Below are positions 50,249 through 61,766 of a stretch of 64,000 nt of DNA, one piece after another. The notes beneath the pieces are model-generated. The model worked only from the letters and a program-made list of their open reading frames with translations, searched no databases and was not told the origin of the DNA. Source of the DNA: Candidatus Latescibacterota bacterium (GTDB lineage: Bacteria > Latescibacterota > UBA2968 > GCA-2709665); contig CAXXXF010000015.1 in the NCBI GenBank assembly GCA_963667175.2, positions 841,913 to 905,912 of the forward strand. The letters run 5' to 3'. Every line of letters starts with the position of its first letter. Within the stretch, counting starts at the first letter, position 1. Position numbers and translations under genes: made by a program.

Positions 50249-51958
50249 TTAGAGTCTTACAGTAAGACTTCAACGCAAGATGCGTAGAAGTTTGTTCATG
50301 CTGCTTGGATAGGGTTTGTGTGCTTGTGGTATAGTGTCAGTGAAGTCGCGAGTGTGACGTGTCCGGCCTGTGTGACGCGCCATCTTCTGGACCGTGGGAT
50401 TTTGGCGATCAGGCCTCGGACGTGTAGGCGTTTGAGAAGTCGGCTGACGGCGTTGGCCTGCCGTCGGCGCTGGTCGAGGGTTCTGGGTTGTTTGAAGAGG
50501 TGTTTTCGGATGTCCCGATTGCGGAAGCCCATCAGGGCGTGTTCGCCTTTCAGGACGGCGGTGAAGAGGTCGAGGTCGCGGGTGTCGGCGGGATTGAAGC
50601 CCCGATAGGTACGCCCCCTGTGCCTGCGTGGTCGGGCAAGTGTGGTGAGGCTGTGACGGCTCTTCGCGGTGTCTGGTGCTGCTGCCAGCGCATGAAGGTA
50701 GTGTTGGTTGGCCTTCAATGAGATTTCCCGATAGCGGTAGAGGTTGGCCACGCCTTTGGCCATGGGATACCAGCCCATCACGCGTTGTCCTTGGCGTATG
50801 CCCCAGCGGCGGACCTTGAACTGCCTTGGATGGTTGATCACTGTCTCTATGCGTAGTACGCGCCCGTGTTTGTCGTACATTTTTATCCAGTTCTCACACA
50901 TCCGGTGTTTGACCCGTGCGCCGGGTTGGCGTTTGTTTTTGAAGTCCGTGAGGACTTCGCCCTGAAAGTTGCCGTGGAGTTTGCGTCCCAGGAAGGTCAG
51001 GATGTCCTGGGGGGAGAAGCACAGCACCGTATGTCTGAGCAGATTTTCATACAGCACCTTCAGGGCGTGGGGGCTTGTGAACATCACGTCGGTGGCGAAC
51101 TCAGCCTGGTCAACGACCCAGTAATAGTCCATTCCCGAAAGCAGGTCTTTGAGCAGGGGGTTGACCCTGCGGGCAAGCCCGGAGAGAATGCGCGGCCAAT
51201 TCTTCTCGACAAAACGATCGGCAAAGCGTTGCGCCCGGGCCACGTCGTCGATCCATAGAAACGCGTTGTCTGCTTTTTCATAGGCAATGCCGTTTTTATC
51301 GAGCTTGCGCGCCAGGTATTCGTGGCCATTGAGACAGACCTGCACCACCAGGGGGAACCAGGACTGGATGCGGATATGCAGCAACCCGAACTCACGGTCG
51401 ATATAGTAGAAGTAGTAGCACAGGCACTTCCGCCGGGCGTTGAGCAGGCGAGGCCTTCCTTCCCCTGGAACCAGCTTGAAACTCTGACAGCCTTCCACGG
51501 CGCGGAACACACAGACCAGGCCGCGGGTGATCCCATCTCGTTGGGCGATGCGTCGCGCTTCCTCCTCTTTCCTGACGGTGTTGCGGTCGAGATAGAGGAA
51601 CGGGCGCTTGTGCCTGCTCGCCACCGCCTCCGCGTGGGCTTTGATCGTTTTGGAATGCGACGTCACAAAACGCTTGAAGTCCTTCAACAAAAAACCCTGA
51701 TTACCCATGAAACGCTCCATCGCATTGCCAAATCCCAGCGGCAGGTACCCCTTGAACAAAACCCGATCAAAACACGATACCACGCCACTGATTTTTTCAT
51801 TATATTGGTCCACGAAGTCGTTCACGGCGTTCCTCCTTGGGTTGATGGCGGTTGGGACCACCATCATAAAGGACGAACGCCGTTTTTCATACCACAAAAC
51901 AAACTGCTCTTGACTACCACCTTTTTGGTTGCGGCTGAGCAAAGCGAAGCCGCCTTAG
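50249..51958 (-). mobile_element. Unclassified insertion element, copy 1 (TTAG junctions, terminal hairpins, no TIR)
   Basis: Splits apbE. CTTAGAG at both junctions, palindrome AGTCTTAC-A-GTAAGACT at one end, GCGGCT...AGCCGC hairpin at the other; second copy at 62416. Confidence 0.88.
50296..51825 (-). CDS. Putative transposase of unclassified family (509 aa, C-terminal wHTH)
   Basis: Sole long ORF of the element; AAGGAGG RBS before GTG 51825; motifs KCLCYYFY, NGHE, RVKH, KMYDK, LRIETVIN. Confidence 0.8.
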   Translation of the reverse strand: MNDFVDQYNEKISGVVSCFDRVLFKGYLPLGFGNAMERFMGNQGFLLKDFKRFVTSHSKTIKAHAEAVASRHKRPFLYLDRNTVRKEEEARRIAQRDGITRGLVCVFRAVEGCQSFKLVPGEGRPRLLNARRKCLCYYFYYIDREFGLLHIRIQSWFPLVVQVCLNGHEYLARKLDKNGIAYEKADNAFLWIDDVARAQRFADRFVEKNWPRILSGLARRVNPLLKDLLSGMDYYWVVDQAEFATDVMFTSPHALKVLYENLLRHTVLCFSPQDILTFLGRKLHGNFQGEVLTDFKNKRQPGARVKHRMCENWIKMYDKHGRVLRIETVINHPRQFKVRRWGIRQGQRVMGWYPMAKGVANLYRYREISLKANQHYLHALAAAPDTAKSRHSLTTLARPRRHRGRTYRGFNPADTRDLDLFTAVLKGEHALMGFRNRDIRKHLFKQPRTLDQRRRQANAVSRLLKRLHVRGLIAKIPRSRRWRVTQAGHVTLATSLTLYHKHTNPIQAA

Positions 51959-52838
51959 AGCTAGTATTTCAAGAAATGAAAAGAATGGAGAGGATATTTA
52001 GTACATATCGCTCTGATACCAGAATCTCCGTACTAAACAGGGATGGGTTTCTCTGGATGAATTCACCAGAGTTACAATTCGTGCTTATGAGGGGTCTGCA
52101 CTATTGCAGACTATCAGATGGAGCATTCGATATCACCGTAAAGCCACTCCTAGATCTCTACCAAAGATGTTACCGAATCCAGAATCGTGCACCAAACAGA
52201 ATTGAACTCTCAGAGGCTTTAGCGTTAGTGAACTATGAAAATGTATTCGTGGACGAGAATCAGATCCAGCTAACGAAGCCGGGTATGCGAGTCACTCTTG
52301 ATGGAATTGCAAAAGGATACATTATCGATGCAGCAATTCGCATGCTGCGTGCGCAAGGGATATACAACGCTCTCGTAAATATCGGCGGGGATATGCGTGG
52401 AGTTGGAGTTACGACCGCGGGCAATCCCTGGAAGATAGCACTACAACATCCACGCGACCCCGAAGTTTATCTTGCCGTGATTCATCTGGCCGATAGGGCC
52501 GTCGCAACATCAGGAGACTATGAGCGGTATTTCCTTCCTGATAAGCGTGCTCATCACATCGTCGACCCCAAAACCGGCCTGTCAGCGACGTCGTTGATTA
52601 GTGTAACGGTGGTTGCAGAAATGGCGGTAGATGCCGATGCTTTGGCGACTGCCGTATTTGTAATGGGACCGAAAAATGGCTTGGAGCTGATTGAGATCTC
52701 AGAGGGAGTCGAGGGTCTTCTCGTTACCAAAGACCGAGAAGTACTTTTATCTAACGGTTTTCACAGACTTGGGACAGTTGCCGTACCAAGCCAATTATCA
52801 GGCCAATAAAGATACAATCACACAGGGAATTAAACACT

Positions 52839-54116
52839 ATGCCAAGGTACTTAAAACGGTCACTGGCTCCTTGGTTGGTTTGCCTGCTTTTTGCAATTGT
52901 GGCAATCGTTTTTTATGTATCTGCTGTTCCTATATCCTGGGGAGGTGGTGAATCGGATTTCGACGTTAGCGGATCCATTTCTGAAAAAGACACCGACGAG
53001 ATTCCAGAAGTTCCTGTAGAAGTTGCGGCGATTCGACGGGGAAATCTTACATTAACCGCATCAGGATCTGGAATTGCGTCCGCGGTTCAAGAGGCTGAAA
53101 TCTCGACGGATGTCGGCGGAAAGGTTGTTGAGTTGCACGTTGAAGAAGGGGACCACGTAGAAAGTGGCGAGTTACTGGTGCGACTTGACGATCGGGTCTA
53201 TCAACTTGCCCTTGAGGAAGCCGAATCCCAACTTCTGAATGCACAGGTCAAATACGGCCTTAGTATCCGTAGAACTCGGCAGAGAGATATTCCAATGTAT
53301 GGGATAAACGCCAACAGCGACACTAGCACAGATGATGCAAATCGGTCTGTGGCAGGAATTCGTACGGGTTTCGCAAGACGGGAGTTACTTGAAGAGAACC
53401 AGAAGATGCAGACCCAGGAGAAATATACCATCGAGCAGATATTCTCGGGCAAGTTGCGAGATCAGGTTGCAGCGGCCAAGAGTGGGTTGGTTGGGTCCCG
53501 GGTAAATGTCCGAAAGTCAACCATGAACCTGCAAGCAACTCGTTTGAGGGCACCATTTTCCGGTGTGATAGCCGATCTGAGTATATCTGTAGGTGAACGA
53601 GTCTCCGCCGGGGAGGCGATCTTTCGACTTATGGACGTCTCGCAGATCCGACTAAATGTTCAGGTGTTGGAAACTGAGTTTGGTGATATTCGTGCTGGTC
53701 AATCCGCTCAAGTCCGTTTCATTGCTTATCCGAGCCGGAACTTTTACGGGCACGTCGTGGCGGTTAATCCGGCTATCGATCCTGAGACCAAGACAGGGCG
53801 AGTCTCAGTCGGCATAGACAATGCTGGGGGAAGTATTTCGGTTGGGATGTTTGCAGAGGCAGCAATTGAGTACAAAGTATTCACAGACCGGGTGTTCGTA
53901 CCTAAAGCTGCCGTAATCGAGCGTGGTGGACGATCACTCTTATTCGTCGTGCGGGACGGATTTGCAAAATGGTGCTATGTTGACATTGGACTGTCGAATC
54001 TGAGCGTGGTTGAGTTAGTTAAGACTTCAATGGAACTCAGAGTAGGTGAATCCGTAATCACCGACGGACACTTCTCCCTTCCGCACGATGCGAAAGTTAT
54101 ACCTGTAGGACTTTAA
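52839..54116 (+). CDS. RND efflux periplasmic adaptor (MFP)
   Basis: GKVVELHVEEGDHV...LVRLDD, LRAPFSGVI, NPAIDPET, GMFA. Confidence 0.92.
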   Translation: MPRYLKRSLAPWLVCLLFAIVAIVFYVSAVPISWGGGESDFDVSGSISEKDTDEIPEVPVEVAAIRRGNLTLTASGSGIASAVQEAEISTDVGGKVVELHVEEGDHVESGELLVRLDDRVYQLALEEAESQLLNAQVKYGLSIRRTRQRDIPMYGINANSDTSTDDANRSVAGIRTGFARRELLEENQKMQTQEKYTIEQIFSGKLRDQVAAAKSGLVGSRVNVRKSTMNLQATRLRAPFSGVIADLSISVGERVSAGEAIFRLMDVSQIRLNVQVLETEFGDIRAGQSAQVRFIAYPSRNFYGHVVAVNPAIDPETKTGRVSVGIDNAGGSISVGMFAEAAIEYKVFTDRVFVPKAAVIERGGRSLLFVVRDGFAKWCYVDIGLSNLSVVELVKTSMELRVGESVITDGHFSLPHDAKVIPVGL

Positions 54117-55326
54117 AACGCCAACTGCGGAATGCTTACGATAAAGGAGTACCAACGCGTATGTATAGATTCGTCGTTCGCCGACCGGTCGCAACGGCAA
54201 TGGCATACGTCGCAGTAGTATTGCTGGGCGTGACCTCCCTACTTACACTTGAAGTAGACCTACTACCTAACTTGGATCTCCCAATGCTCACAATCTGGAC
54301 GGTATACAGAGATGGAACTGCTGAGGAAGTTGAACGTCTCGTCACCGTACCTATAGAGGAGATTGTAAATACAGTACCTGGAGTAAAGCGAGTTCGATCT
54401 TTCTCTCGACCAGGTGTATCGATAATCATGGTCGAATTTGCTTGGGGTACTCCCATGGACTTCGCTGGATTAGACATAAGAGGGAAACTGGATGCTCTTC
54501 GAGGAGAGATTCCGCAACGCGCAGGTCGGCCTACTATTGTAAGGCTGGATCCGTCTGACCGCCCAATAATGGGATTGGCAATTACAGGGGCTAATGCAGA
54601 AAATCTTCAAACCTTAGTCGAGAATGTCGTAAAGCGTCGGTTGGAAAAAGCCGAGAATGTCGCAATTGCCTTGGTAGTTGGGGGATCTGAAGCAGAAATA
54701 CAAATCAAGGTCGATCCTAGGCGTCTGAAGGCATTTGATATTCCTATCGGGCGGCTCAACACGGCGTTGCATAACGCTAACGCAGACCGTCCTGGTGCGA
54801 CGATTCTTGTTGGTCGTTATAGGTACGCGTTACGCACTATCGGGTCGTTCGAATCCGCATCGCAGATTGAAGACGTTGTAATCGAACACAAAAAAGGAGG
54901 AAGGCCAATACTCCTCGGCGACCTCGCTGCTGTTCGAGAAGCGAACAAAGAACAGCAGACGATTACACGTTACGACGGCCAGCAGGCACTAGGTGTCTTG
55001 ATAAGGAAGCGAGCAGGAAGCAATACAGTAACGGCATCCAACGAAGTACGATTCATCCTTCGCCAGTTGAAGCACGAACATCCAGAACTAAATGTCGTGG
55101 TTGCCTTTGATCAGGCCGAGTTTGTCTCTGAAACCATTCAAAGCGCACTATGGATGGTATTTCAAGGGGGCCTACTGGCATTTGCAGTGTTGTTTTTCTT
55201 TTTACGAGGCGTACGTGATCCTATATGCGTTGCAGTTTCAATACCAATATCTGTTGCGGCATCGTTTGTGATGTTTGATCTAGCAGAAGTAGACCTTAAT
55301 GTCGTATCTATTGGCGGACTTGCTCT

Positions 55327-56751
55327 GGGAATGTACCTATCTTAGTTGAAATAGAAGAGGCTCCGATGTAAATTGGATACAGTAGTCCCGAGTAGAATAC
55401 TGTATCCTCATACGAAAGGAGCCTGTAATGAGCAAGGTATCATCGAAGTCTCGTGAAGTCAAGTTGAACACGGAAGGTGTTGTGAGTTCCAGGGCGGTCT
55501 CCGCAGGTATGCTGGAGGATGTTGACGTCCGTGTGGCCTTGATCCAGTCGCTGATCCCTCTGGGTCTGGCCGCCGTGGAAGAAATCTTGCAGAATGAGGT
55601 CGCCGCGTTGACGGGCAAGAGATACAGTCGTAAAGCAGACAAGGCCCCGAATCGCCGGTGGGGCGTGCAACGTGGATCGGTGTATCTATCGGACCAGAAA
55701 GTGCCCGTGGCGGTACCGAGGGTGCGCGACGTGGAAGCCAATGAGGAGGTGCCTCTACAGGCGTATCGCCGCTTGCAGCGCCCCAGAGACATGGACGAAG
55801 GGTTGCTGCTTCGCGTTCTGGGCGGCCTTGCCACGCGTTCTTACGCCAGTTGCGCAGAGGCGGTACCCGAGGCGTTTGGCTTGTCTTCGTCGACGGTCTC
55901 GAAGCGGTTCATAAAGACATCAGCGGCCAAGCTGAGGCAGTTTCAAGAACGGTCGCTTGCCGGCTATGACCTGGTGGGGCTGTTTATGGATGGCAAGACC
56001 TTTGCCGATCAGCAAATGATCATCGCCCTTGGCGTGACAATCGACGGGGACAAGGTCCCGCTGGGGTTCGTGCAGGCCGCCAGTGAAAATGAGCGCGTGT
56101 GCCGGCAGTTTGTCAATTCGCTCATCGATCGCGGACTGCAGTATCACCAGGGGCTGCTGTGCCTCATCGACGGCTCGAAGGGGTTGCGGACCGCGCTGAC
56201 CAAGGCCCTATCCGGATACGTCGCCATTCAACGCTGCCAGTGGCACAAACGGGAAAACGTGATCGCCTATCTGCCAAAATCACAGCAGGATGAGGTCAGA
56301 AAGGCCCTCCACGATGCGTACGACAAGGAGACCTACAACGAAGCCAAAGCCGCGCTACAGGCCCTCAAACCCTCCCTGGCGCTGAGGAACGCATCGGCAC
56401 TGAACAGCCTCGAGGAAGGGCTCGAAGAAACCCTCACCCTCCATCGGCTGGGGCTCATGCCACAGCTCAAACAATCGTTCCGCACCACCAACTGTATCGA
56501 ATCCCTCAACGCCATGGTCGCTCAGCGCACACGAAATGTAAAACGATGGAACAACTCCGATCAGCGATATCGGTGGTTGGCAGCCGCGCTGTTAGACATC
56601 GAGCCACGACTGCGGAGAATCAAAGGATACCGCTTTCTTCCTATACTCAGACTTGCCCTACAAAAACACCTCAACCTCGATCACGACGCGCAAGAGGCTT
56701 TCGCCGCCGACTAAACGCCTCTCCCGTTTCAACTAAAAATAGTACTTGCCC
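55327..56751 (+). mobile_element. IS256-family insertion sequence
   Basis: Imperfect TIRs gggaatgtacctatcttagttgaaa / tttcaactaaaaatagtacttgccc; 8-bp target duplication CTTGCTCT at 55319-55326 and 56752-56759. Confidence 0.93.
55428..56714 (+). CDS. IS256 (Mutator-type DDE) transposase
   Basis: VPRVR, LFMDG, IDGSKGL, QRCQWHK, RTTNCIESLN. Confidence 0.93.
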   Translation: MSKVSSKSREVKLNTEGVVSSRAVSAGMLEDVDVRVALIQSLIPLGLAAVEEILQNEVAALTGKRYSRKADKAPNRRWGVQRGSVYLSDQKVPVAVPRVRDVEANEEVPLQAYRRLQRPRDMDEGLLLRVLGGLATRSYASCAEAVPEAFGLSSSTVSKRFIKTSAAKLRQFQERSLAGYDLVGLFMDGKTFADQQMIIALGVTIDGDKVPLGFVQAASENERVCRQFVNSLIDRGLQYHQGLLCLIDGSKGLRTALTKALSGYVAIQRCQWHKRENVIAYLPKSQQDEVRKALHDAYDKETYNEAKAALQALKPSLALRNASALNSLEEGLEETLTLHRLGLMPQLKQSFRTTNCIESLNAMVAQRTRNVKRWNNSDQRYRWLAAALLDIEPRLRRIKGYRFLPILRLALQKHLNLDHDAQEAFAAD

Positions 56752-58688
56752 CTTGCTCTGGGCATCGGGATGCTTGTTGACAATTCAATTGTTGTAATAG
56801 AAAACATACATAGACACAGAGAGATTGGCAGTACTACAATTGAGGCTGCAATTGACGGTGCGAGAGAGGTGGGTTCTGCCCTCGCCGCCTCGACACTGAC
56901 GACTCTATCGGTATTCTTGCCGATTGCATATGTCGCAGGTGTTGCAGGCCAACTCTTTAGGGATCAATCGCTTGCTGTGTCGTTCTCTTTGTTGTCTTCT
57001 CTGGCAGTCTCTCTAACCCTCCTGCCAATGATTGCCGCACGTTCAGGACGAAGTTCTCCAATACCTGGTAGAAGGCACGCTACTCAAGGAGTGATAGGTC
57101 AAGAGAAAAATGGGCGACACATTCTGGACACGTTTCTAAGAGGCTTTAGTGCAACAAGGTTACTGTACGAAAAAGCACTGATGTGGTCATTGACACATAA
57201 GACAATTCTGTTAGTTAGCACTGGCTTTATAACGTTAGGTTCGTGTTGGCTTGGGTGGAATATAAGGCGTGAGTTAATGCCGGATGTGGATCAACGAGCC
57301 TTTATCGTGCAGTTGTGGGGAAAAGATGGAGCAAGCCTAAAGGAAGCCGTGGAAGCCACAAAGAGGATTGAGGAGATTCTGGGTAAAATGCCTTCAGTGG
57401 TGGCTACTTTTTCGACCATCGGTTTGGATCAAGAACCGTGGCGAATAGGCCGCAGGCAAGTAGGGCTCAATGTCGCACGGATTCATGTGCATCTCAGCCA
57501 CAATGATGAAAAAAGCAGGATAATCTCCAGACTTGAGGAAGAACTGGCTAATCTACAGGGATTCCAGGGGACGGTTTTTCGTGAAGAGGATGTACTTTCA
57601 CTGTTACTTGCAACGGACAGTGACGAGATATCAGTCCGGGTCATTGGTGACGATTTGAAGGTTTTAACTGGGATCGCCAATAGGTTGAAATCTCAACTGC
57701 TTGGTGTTTCAGGATTGTCTAATTTGCAAGTTGCTGCGGACAGTACTCAATCTGAGATTAAGATCAGGATCTTGCCCGAAGAGGTGGCGCGCTATGGTCT
57801 CTCAGTGCAGGATGTGGTAGATCAGGTCACGACGTACGCAAGTGGAAAGATAGCAACGAAAATGCGATACTTTGATCGGGAAATAGATGTCGTTGTGCGG
57901 CCTGAGGGAGATCGTGTAGTTCGCTTGGAAAGCTTGCTTGCCATGCCTATAGCGGCCAAGGATGTCTGGGTTCCGGTTCGTAAATTGGTTAGCATACAAA
58001 CTACCAACGTCGTATCGAAGATCGAGAGAGAACGGGGTACGAGGATTGTTCAAGTAACTGCGCGTGCGTCTGAAAGACGAACACGTGACTTGGTAAAGGA
58101 AATAAACCAGCAGATTTCATCCCTTGCTATCCCTGCCGGATATCGTTTGGAAATGGGCGGTTTTAGCGAAGATATCCACGATTCATTTCAGAGTCTATTT
58201 CTAATGTTGTTCCTTTCGGCCTTCTTGGTTTACATGATTCTCGCCGCTCAATTTGAGTCGTTTGTTCAACCGTTCGTCATAATCTTGTCCGTACCGATGG
58301 CAATATTCGGTGCCATTGTGGCGATATTTCTTACAGGGCACTCGGTGAATTTAATTTCCCTAATTGGAGTTATAGTGTTAGTGGGACTCGCCGTCAATGA
58401 TGGGATCGTAAAGGTTGATTTTATCAATCAGCGGCGCCGCCAGGGGGTACCTATAGTAAAAGCTGTCTTAGATGCAGGGCATTGCCGCATGCGGCCCATT
58501 CTCATAACATCAATTACCACCATGTTGGGTTTATTGCCCATGGCGTTGGGAATAGGTGTAGGAGCCGAACTTCGAGCACCCCTCGCTGTTGCGCTTATTG
58601 GTGGGCTCGTTTCCTCGACTCTACTGACACTGATAGTGATTCCGGTGGTCTACTGCTGTTTAGTCAGAGAAGAGGTTAACAACACCGT

Positions 58689-61600
58689 ATGAAATTTGTC
58701 CGGTTTTTCGCGCGTCGCCCCATTGGAACGATGATGTTCCATTCAGCAATCGCGTTCATCGGAATTTGGTCTCTGGCGAAGATCCCTATCGTAACCGTGC
58801 CCGACCTCTCTTTCCCACGACTGTCAGTTCAAGCTTCCTGGCGTGGAGCATCACCAGAAATAGTCGAATCCTATGTGACTTCACCGATTGAATCCGTATC
58901 AAGCACTGTCACGGGCGTCGAACAGATCTATTCAGTCTCTCGAGAGGGATTCTGCAATGTAGATATAACGTTCCAGCGCAAAACTGCCATGGATTTTGCA
59001 GCATTGGAGCTAAATGAAAAGATATCTTCGTTAATCGAGACGCTACCTAGAGGAGTTCGCATTAACAGGACAATTCAATACTCACTTGATGAGTTTCAAG
59101 CGATGAAAGGGTTCTTATCGTATCAACTTTCAGGGCCAATGTCGCTGACAGAACTTAGGAGAATTGCTGCCAACGAACTCCGTACACCTCTTATCGGCAT
59201 TGATGGTGTCGGCGATGTGCGGATTTGGGGGGGTGCGGAGCGGGAGATAGTATTAGAGTTAGATCGCAACAGGATGCATGGATTCGGCCTTCATCCATCA
59301 CTTGGAGATGGATTCTTAAGCGATGTAACCCTTGCCATTCCTGCAGGTCAAATGCTTTTCCAAGGGAAATATCTGCCATATCAGGTTACTTCAGCTGTCG
59401 GTCCGACGGATAACTGGGATGAGGCAACCTTAGAATCAGCAGGAATCCACAGGATTCAAATCCGCCATGTCGGGAGAATAGTCGAAACGGTAGGAGATCC
59501 AAACAGTATCGTTCGCGTTGACGGTGAGCATGCGGTAACGATCCAGATTGAAAGGCGTGCTGACGCAAACATGATTCAGACGGCCAATAGCGTCTATGCA
59601 TGTGTAGAAAAGGTCAGCAAACAACTGCCCAAAGGGGTCGCGTTACACAAGATAGAAGATACGACGAGCAAATTTCGAAAATCCCTTAATACTCTATGGA
59701 AGCGAACCTTGATTTCGCTCCTGACTATCTTCGTCGTTCTTGTTCTGTTTCTTAGGTGCATTCGAGGTCCTTCTGTGTTAATCTCAACTATATGTTTCTC
59801 CGTATTTCCTACAGCAGCGCTGTTTAGCGCGGCGGGAATTGGATTGAACCTATTGACAATAGGGGGCTTAGCATTGGGGTTTGGTATGCTGGTGGACAAC
59901 TCGATGGTTGTAATGGAGAGTATCCATCGGAATCGTGACCGCGTGCCATTTTTAAGGTCCGTACAAGAGGGCGTACAGGCTGTAATAATGCCCATGACTG
60001 CCAGTACATTTACTACAGCGATTGTGTTGTTGCCATTTCTGTATATTGCGGGGACTCTCCGCATAGCATATCTGCCATTTGCCGTGTCAGTTATAATGTC
60101 GCTACTAGCCTCTTTGTTCGTAGCTCTAACGTTGATTCCAACAGTTAGTAGGTGGTCCATTAAAATGCCCGTTGTGCGTAGTCGATCGAGAAAGCTGAGT
60201 GGATTTTCACGTCTGTTATACTCGAATCTTCTTCGATGGATATTGCACCGTCCTGGCTGTGTAGTGGTTTTGGCGTTTATCATGCTGGCTACAAGTGCAT
60301 GGGGGTTTTTTCGTTTTGTCGAGCGATGGCACGGATGGTGGGAGGGCTCGCAGACTTACTTGGTTGTATCGGTGCGGTTTCCAATCGGTACTGAGATTGG
60401 TGAAGTTGATAGGATCGTCAGAGCCTTCGAGGCGAAAGTTGCTGATCGGGCGCATATCGCGCGAGTCGTAACGAAGATTTCAGGACGTCAGGGGGGACTA
60501 AAAGTAACATTTGAAAATGGCATTTCGAATACAGATTTTCCGGTCAAATTGAAACAGGAATTCGAAGAACTTGCCGCACAGTTTGCGGGAGGAAGGGTCT
60601 CGGTTGGCGGGTTCGGCATAGGCTTCGATTCAGGCAGTGACTTAATGGGGTCAAAGTTCAGATTTTTGGTTAAGGGTTATGACTACAAACGCGTAAAGGA
60701 TTTGGCCGAGGAGGTCGCTCGTCGCCTGTCTCAAGATCCTAGGGTTATGAATATCGAGATTGACGGCGGGTGGGGGGACCACCAATACGAAGTTGTGTTA
60801 ATGTTGGAACGAGGGCGTCTAAACCAATTCGACGTTTCGGTTGCCGAATTGCTACAGTGGTTAACCTACCAACTTCCTAGCCGGACGTTCGGACGTGAAA
60901 TATTAATGCATGGAAATGAAGTGGAAGCACAAATAAAATTCTCCGATTACCAGAACTTCAATATTAGGGACTTGAAAGAATTGACTTTAGAGACACCGTC
61001 GGGTTCCTTAGTTCGCCTGTCTGAAATCTCTCGTGTATTTTCGCGACGGACACCTGACAAGATACCTCGAATAGATCAACAATATAGTCGGCTTGTGGCG
61101 TTTGACTATCGGGGGACGTTTAAGAACGGCGAAAGTTGGCTTGACGAGACCTTAGAGCATACACACGTACCAGACGGATTCACGCTAAGCAAGGATTGGC
61201 GAGGTTCTTTTGCGAAGACTAGCGTTCTTGACGTCTATTGGGCTATCGGGTTTTCCGTACTCCTTGTCTATATGGTAACAGCTGCTCTTTATGAGTCATT
61301 GTTGCAGCCGATTGTCATAATCTTGACGATTCCTCTTTCCTTGATAGGGATTTTTGCGATTTTTCTCATTACCGGCGCAAGCTTTGACAGGACTGCACAT
61401 ATCGGTATTGTGCTTATGGTCGGCATCGTAGTAAACAATGCGATTCTTCTTGTTGATCGTCTAAACTACATGACAAGCCTTACGGACGACACAAACGAGG
61501 CTGTAATAAACGGCTGCATAGAACGTGCGCGTCCTATATTAATGACGAGTGTCACAACGATCGCTGGACTACTCCCAATCTTGACGACAGGTCCACAAGA

Positions 61601-61766
61601 GGGCGGATTCTGGTACTCTCTTTCAATTGGTATCGTAGGTGGATTGACAGGATCGACTATATTCGTCTTAACCGTGGTCCCAGCGATGTATGTGCTAGTA
61701 AGTCATTTCCAGCGGAGGGTTTTCGCCGATAAACCGAGAAAACTTAAGGCTAGGCGAGCCAGCTAA
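58689..61766 (+). CDS. RND permease subunit 2
   Basis: GASPEIVE..VTSPIE, GMLVDNSMVV, GIVVNNAILLVD, RARPILMTS. Confidence 0.92.
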   Translation: MKFVRFFARRPIGTMMFHSAIAFIGIWSLAKIPIVTVPDLSFPRLSVQASWRGASPEIVESYVTSPIESVSSTVTGVEQIYSVSREGFCNVDITFQRKTAMDFAALELNEKISSLIETLPRGVRINRTIQYSLDEFQAMKGFLSYQLSGPMSLTELRRIAANELRTPLIGIDGVGDVRIWGGAEREIVLELDRNRMHGFGLHPSLGDGFLSDVTLAIPAGQMLFQGKYLPYQVTSAVGPTDNWDEATLESAGIHRIQIRHVGRIVETVGDPNSIVRVDGEHAVTIQIERRADANMIQTANSVYACVEKVSKQLPKGVALHKIEDTTSKFRKSLNTLWKRTLISLLTIFVVLVLFLRCIRGPSVLISTICFSVFPTAALFSAAGIGLNLLTIGGLALGFGMLVDNSMVVMESIHRNRDRVPFLRSVQEGVQAVIMPMTASTFTTAIVLLPFLYIAGTLRIAYLPFAVSVIMSLLASLFVALTLIPTVSRWSIKMPVVRSRSRKLSGFSRLLYSNLLRWILHRPGCVVVLAFIMLATSAWGFFRFVERWHGWWEGSQTYLVVSVRFPIGTEIGEVDRIVRAFEAKVADRAHIARVVTKISGRQGGLKVTFENGISNTDFPVKLKQEFEELAAQFAGGRVSVGGFGIGFDSGSDLMGSKFRFLVKGYDYKRVKDLAEEVARRLSQDPRVMNIEIDGGWGDHQYEVVLMLERGRLNQFDVSVAELLQWLTYQLPSRTFGREILMHGNEVEAQIKFSDYQNFNIRDLKELTLETPSGSLVRLSEISRVFSRRTPDKIPRIDQQYSRLVAFDYRGTFKNGESWLDETLEHTHVPDGFTLSKDWRGSFAKTSVLDVYWAIGFSVLLVYMVTAALYESLLQPIVIILTIPLSLIGIFAIFLITGASFDRTAHIGIVLMVGIVVNNAILLVDRLNYMTSLTDDTNEAVINGCIERARPILMTSVTTIAGLLPILTTGPQEGGFWYSLSIGIVGGLTGSTIFVLTVVPAMYVLVSHFQRRVFADKPRKLKARRAS

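Larger units (their letters stand above)
50099..52809 (+). pseudogene. apbE: ApbE FAD:protein FMN transferase split by an insertion
   Basis: N-part ...SMGTFVSV...DRILE rejoins LVFQEMKRMERIFS...GAFDITV, LDGIAKGY, NIGGD, ATSGDYER, HHIVDPKTG, ADALATA. Confidence 0.92.
54161..58692 (+). pseudogene. RND permease subunit 1 split by IS256
   Basis: RRPV, EEVE..VT.PIEE; GGLAL|GIGMLVDNSIVVIENI restored on IS removal; AAQFES, RMRPILITS. Confidence 0.92.

Noticed and set aside
51322-51958. N-terminal part of the 495-aa track ORF
   Set aside because: Antisense read-through of the inserted element fused to the apbE C-terminus.
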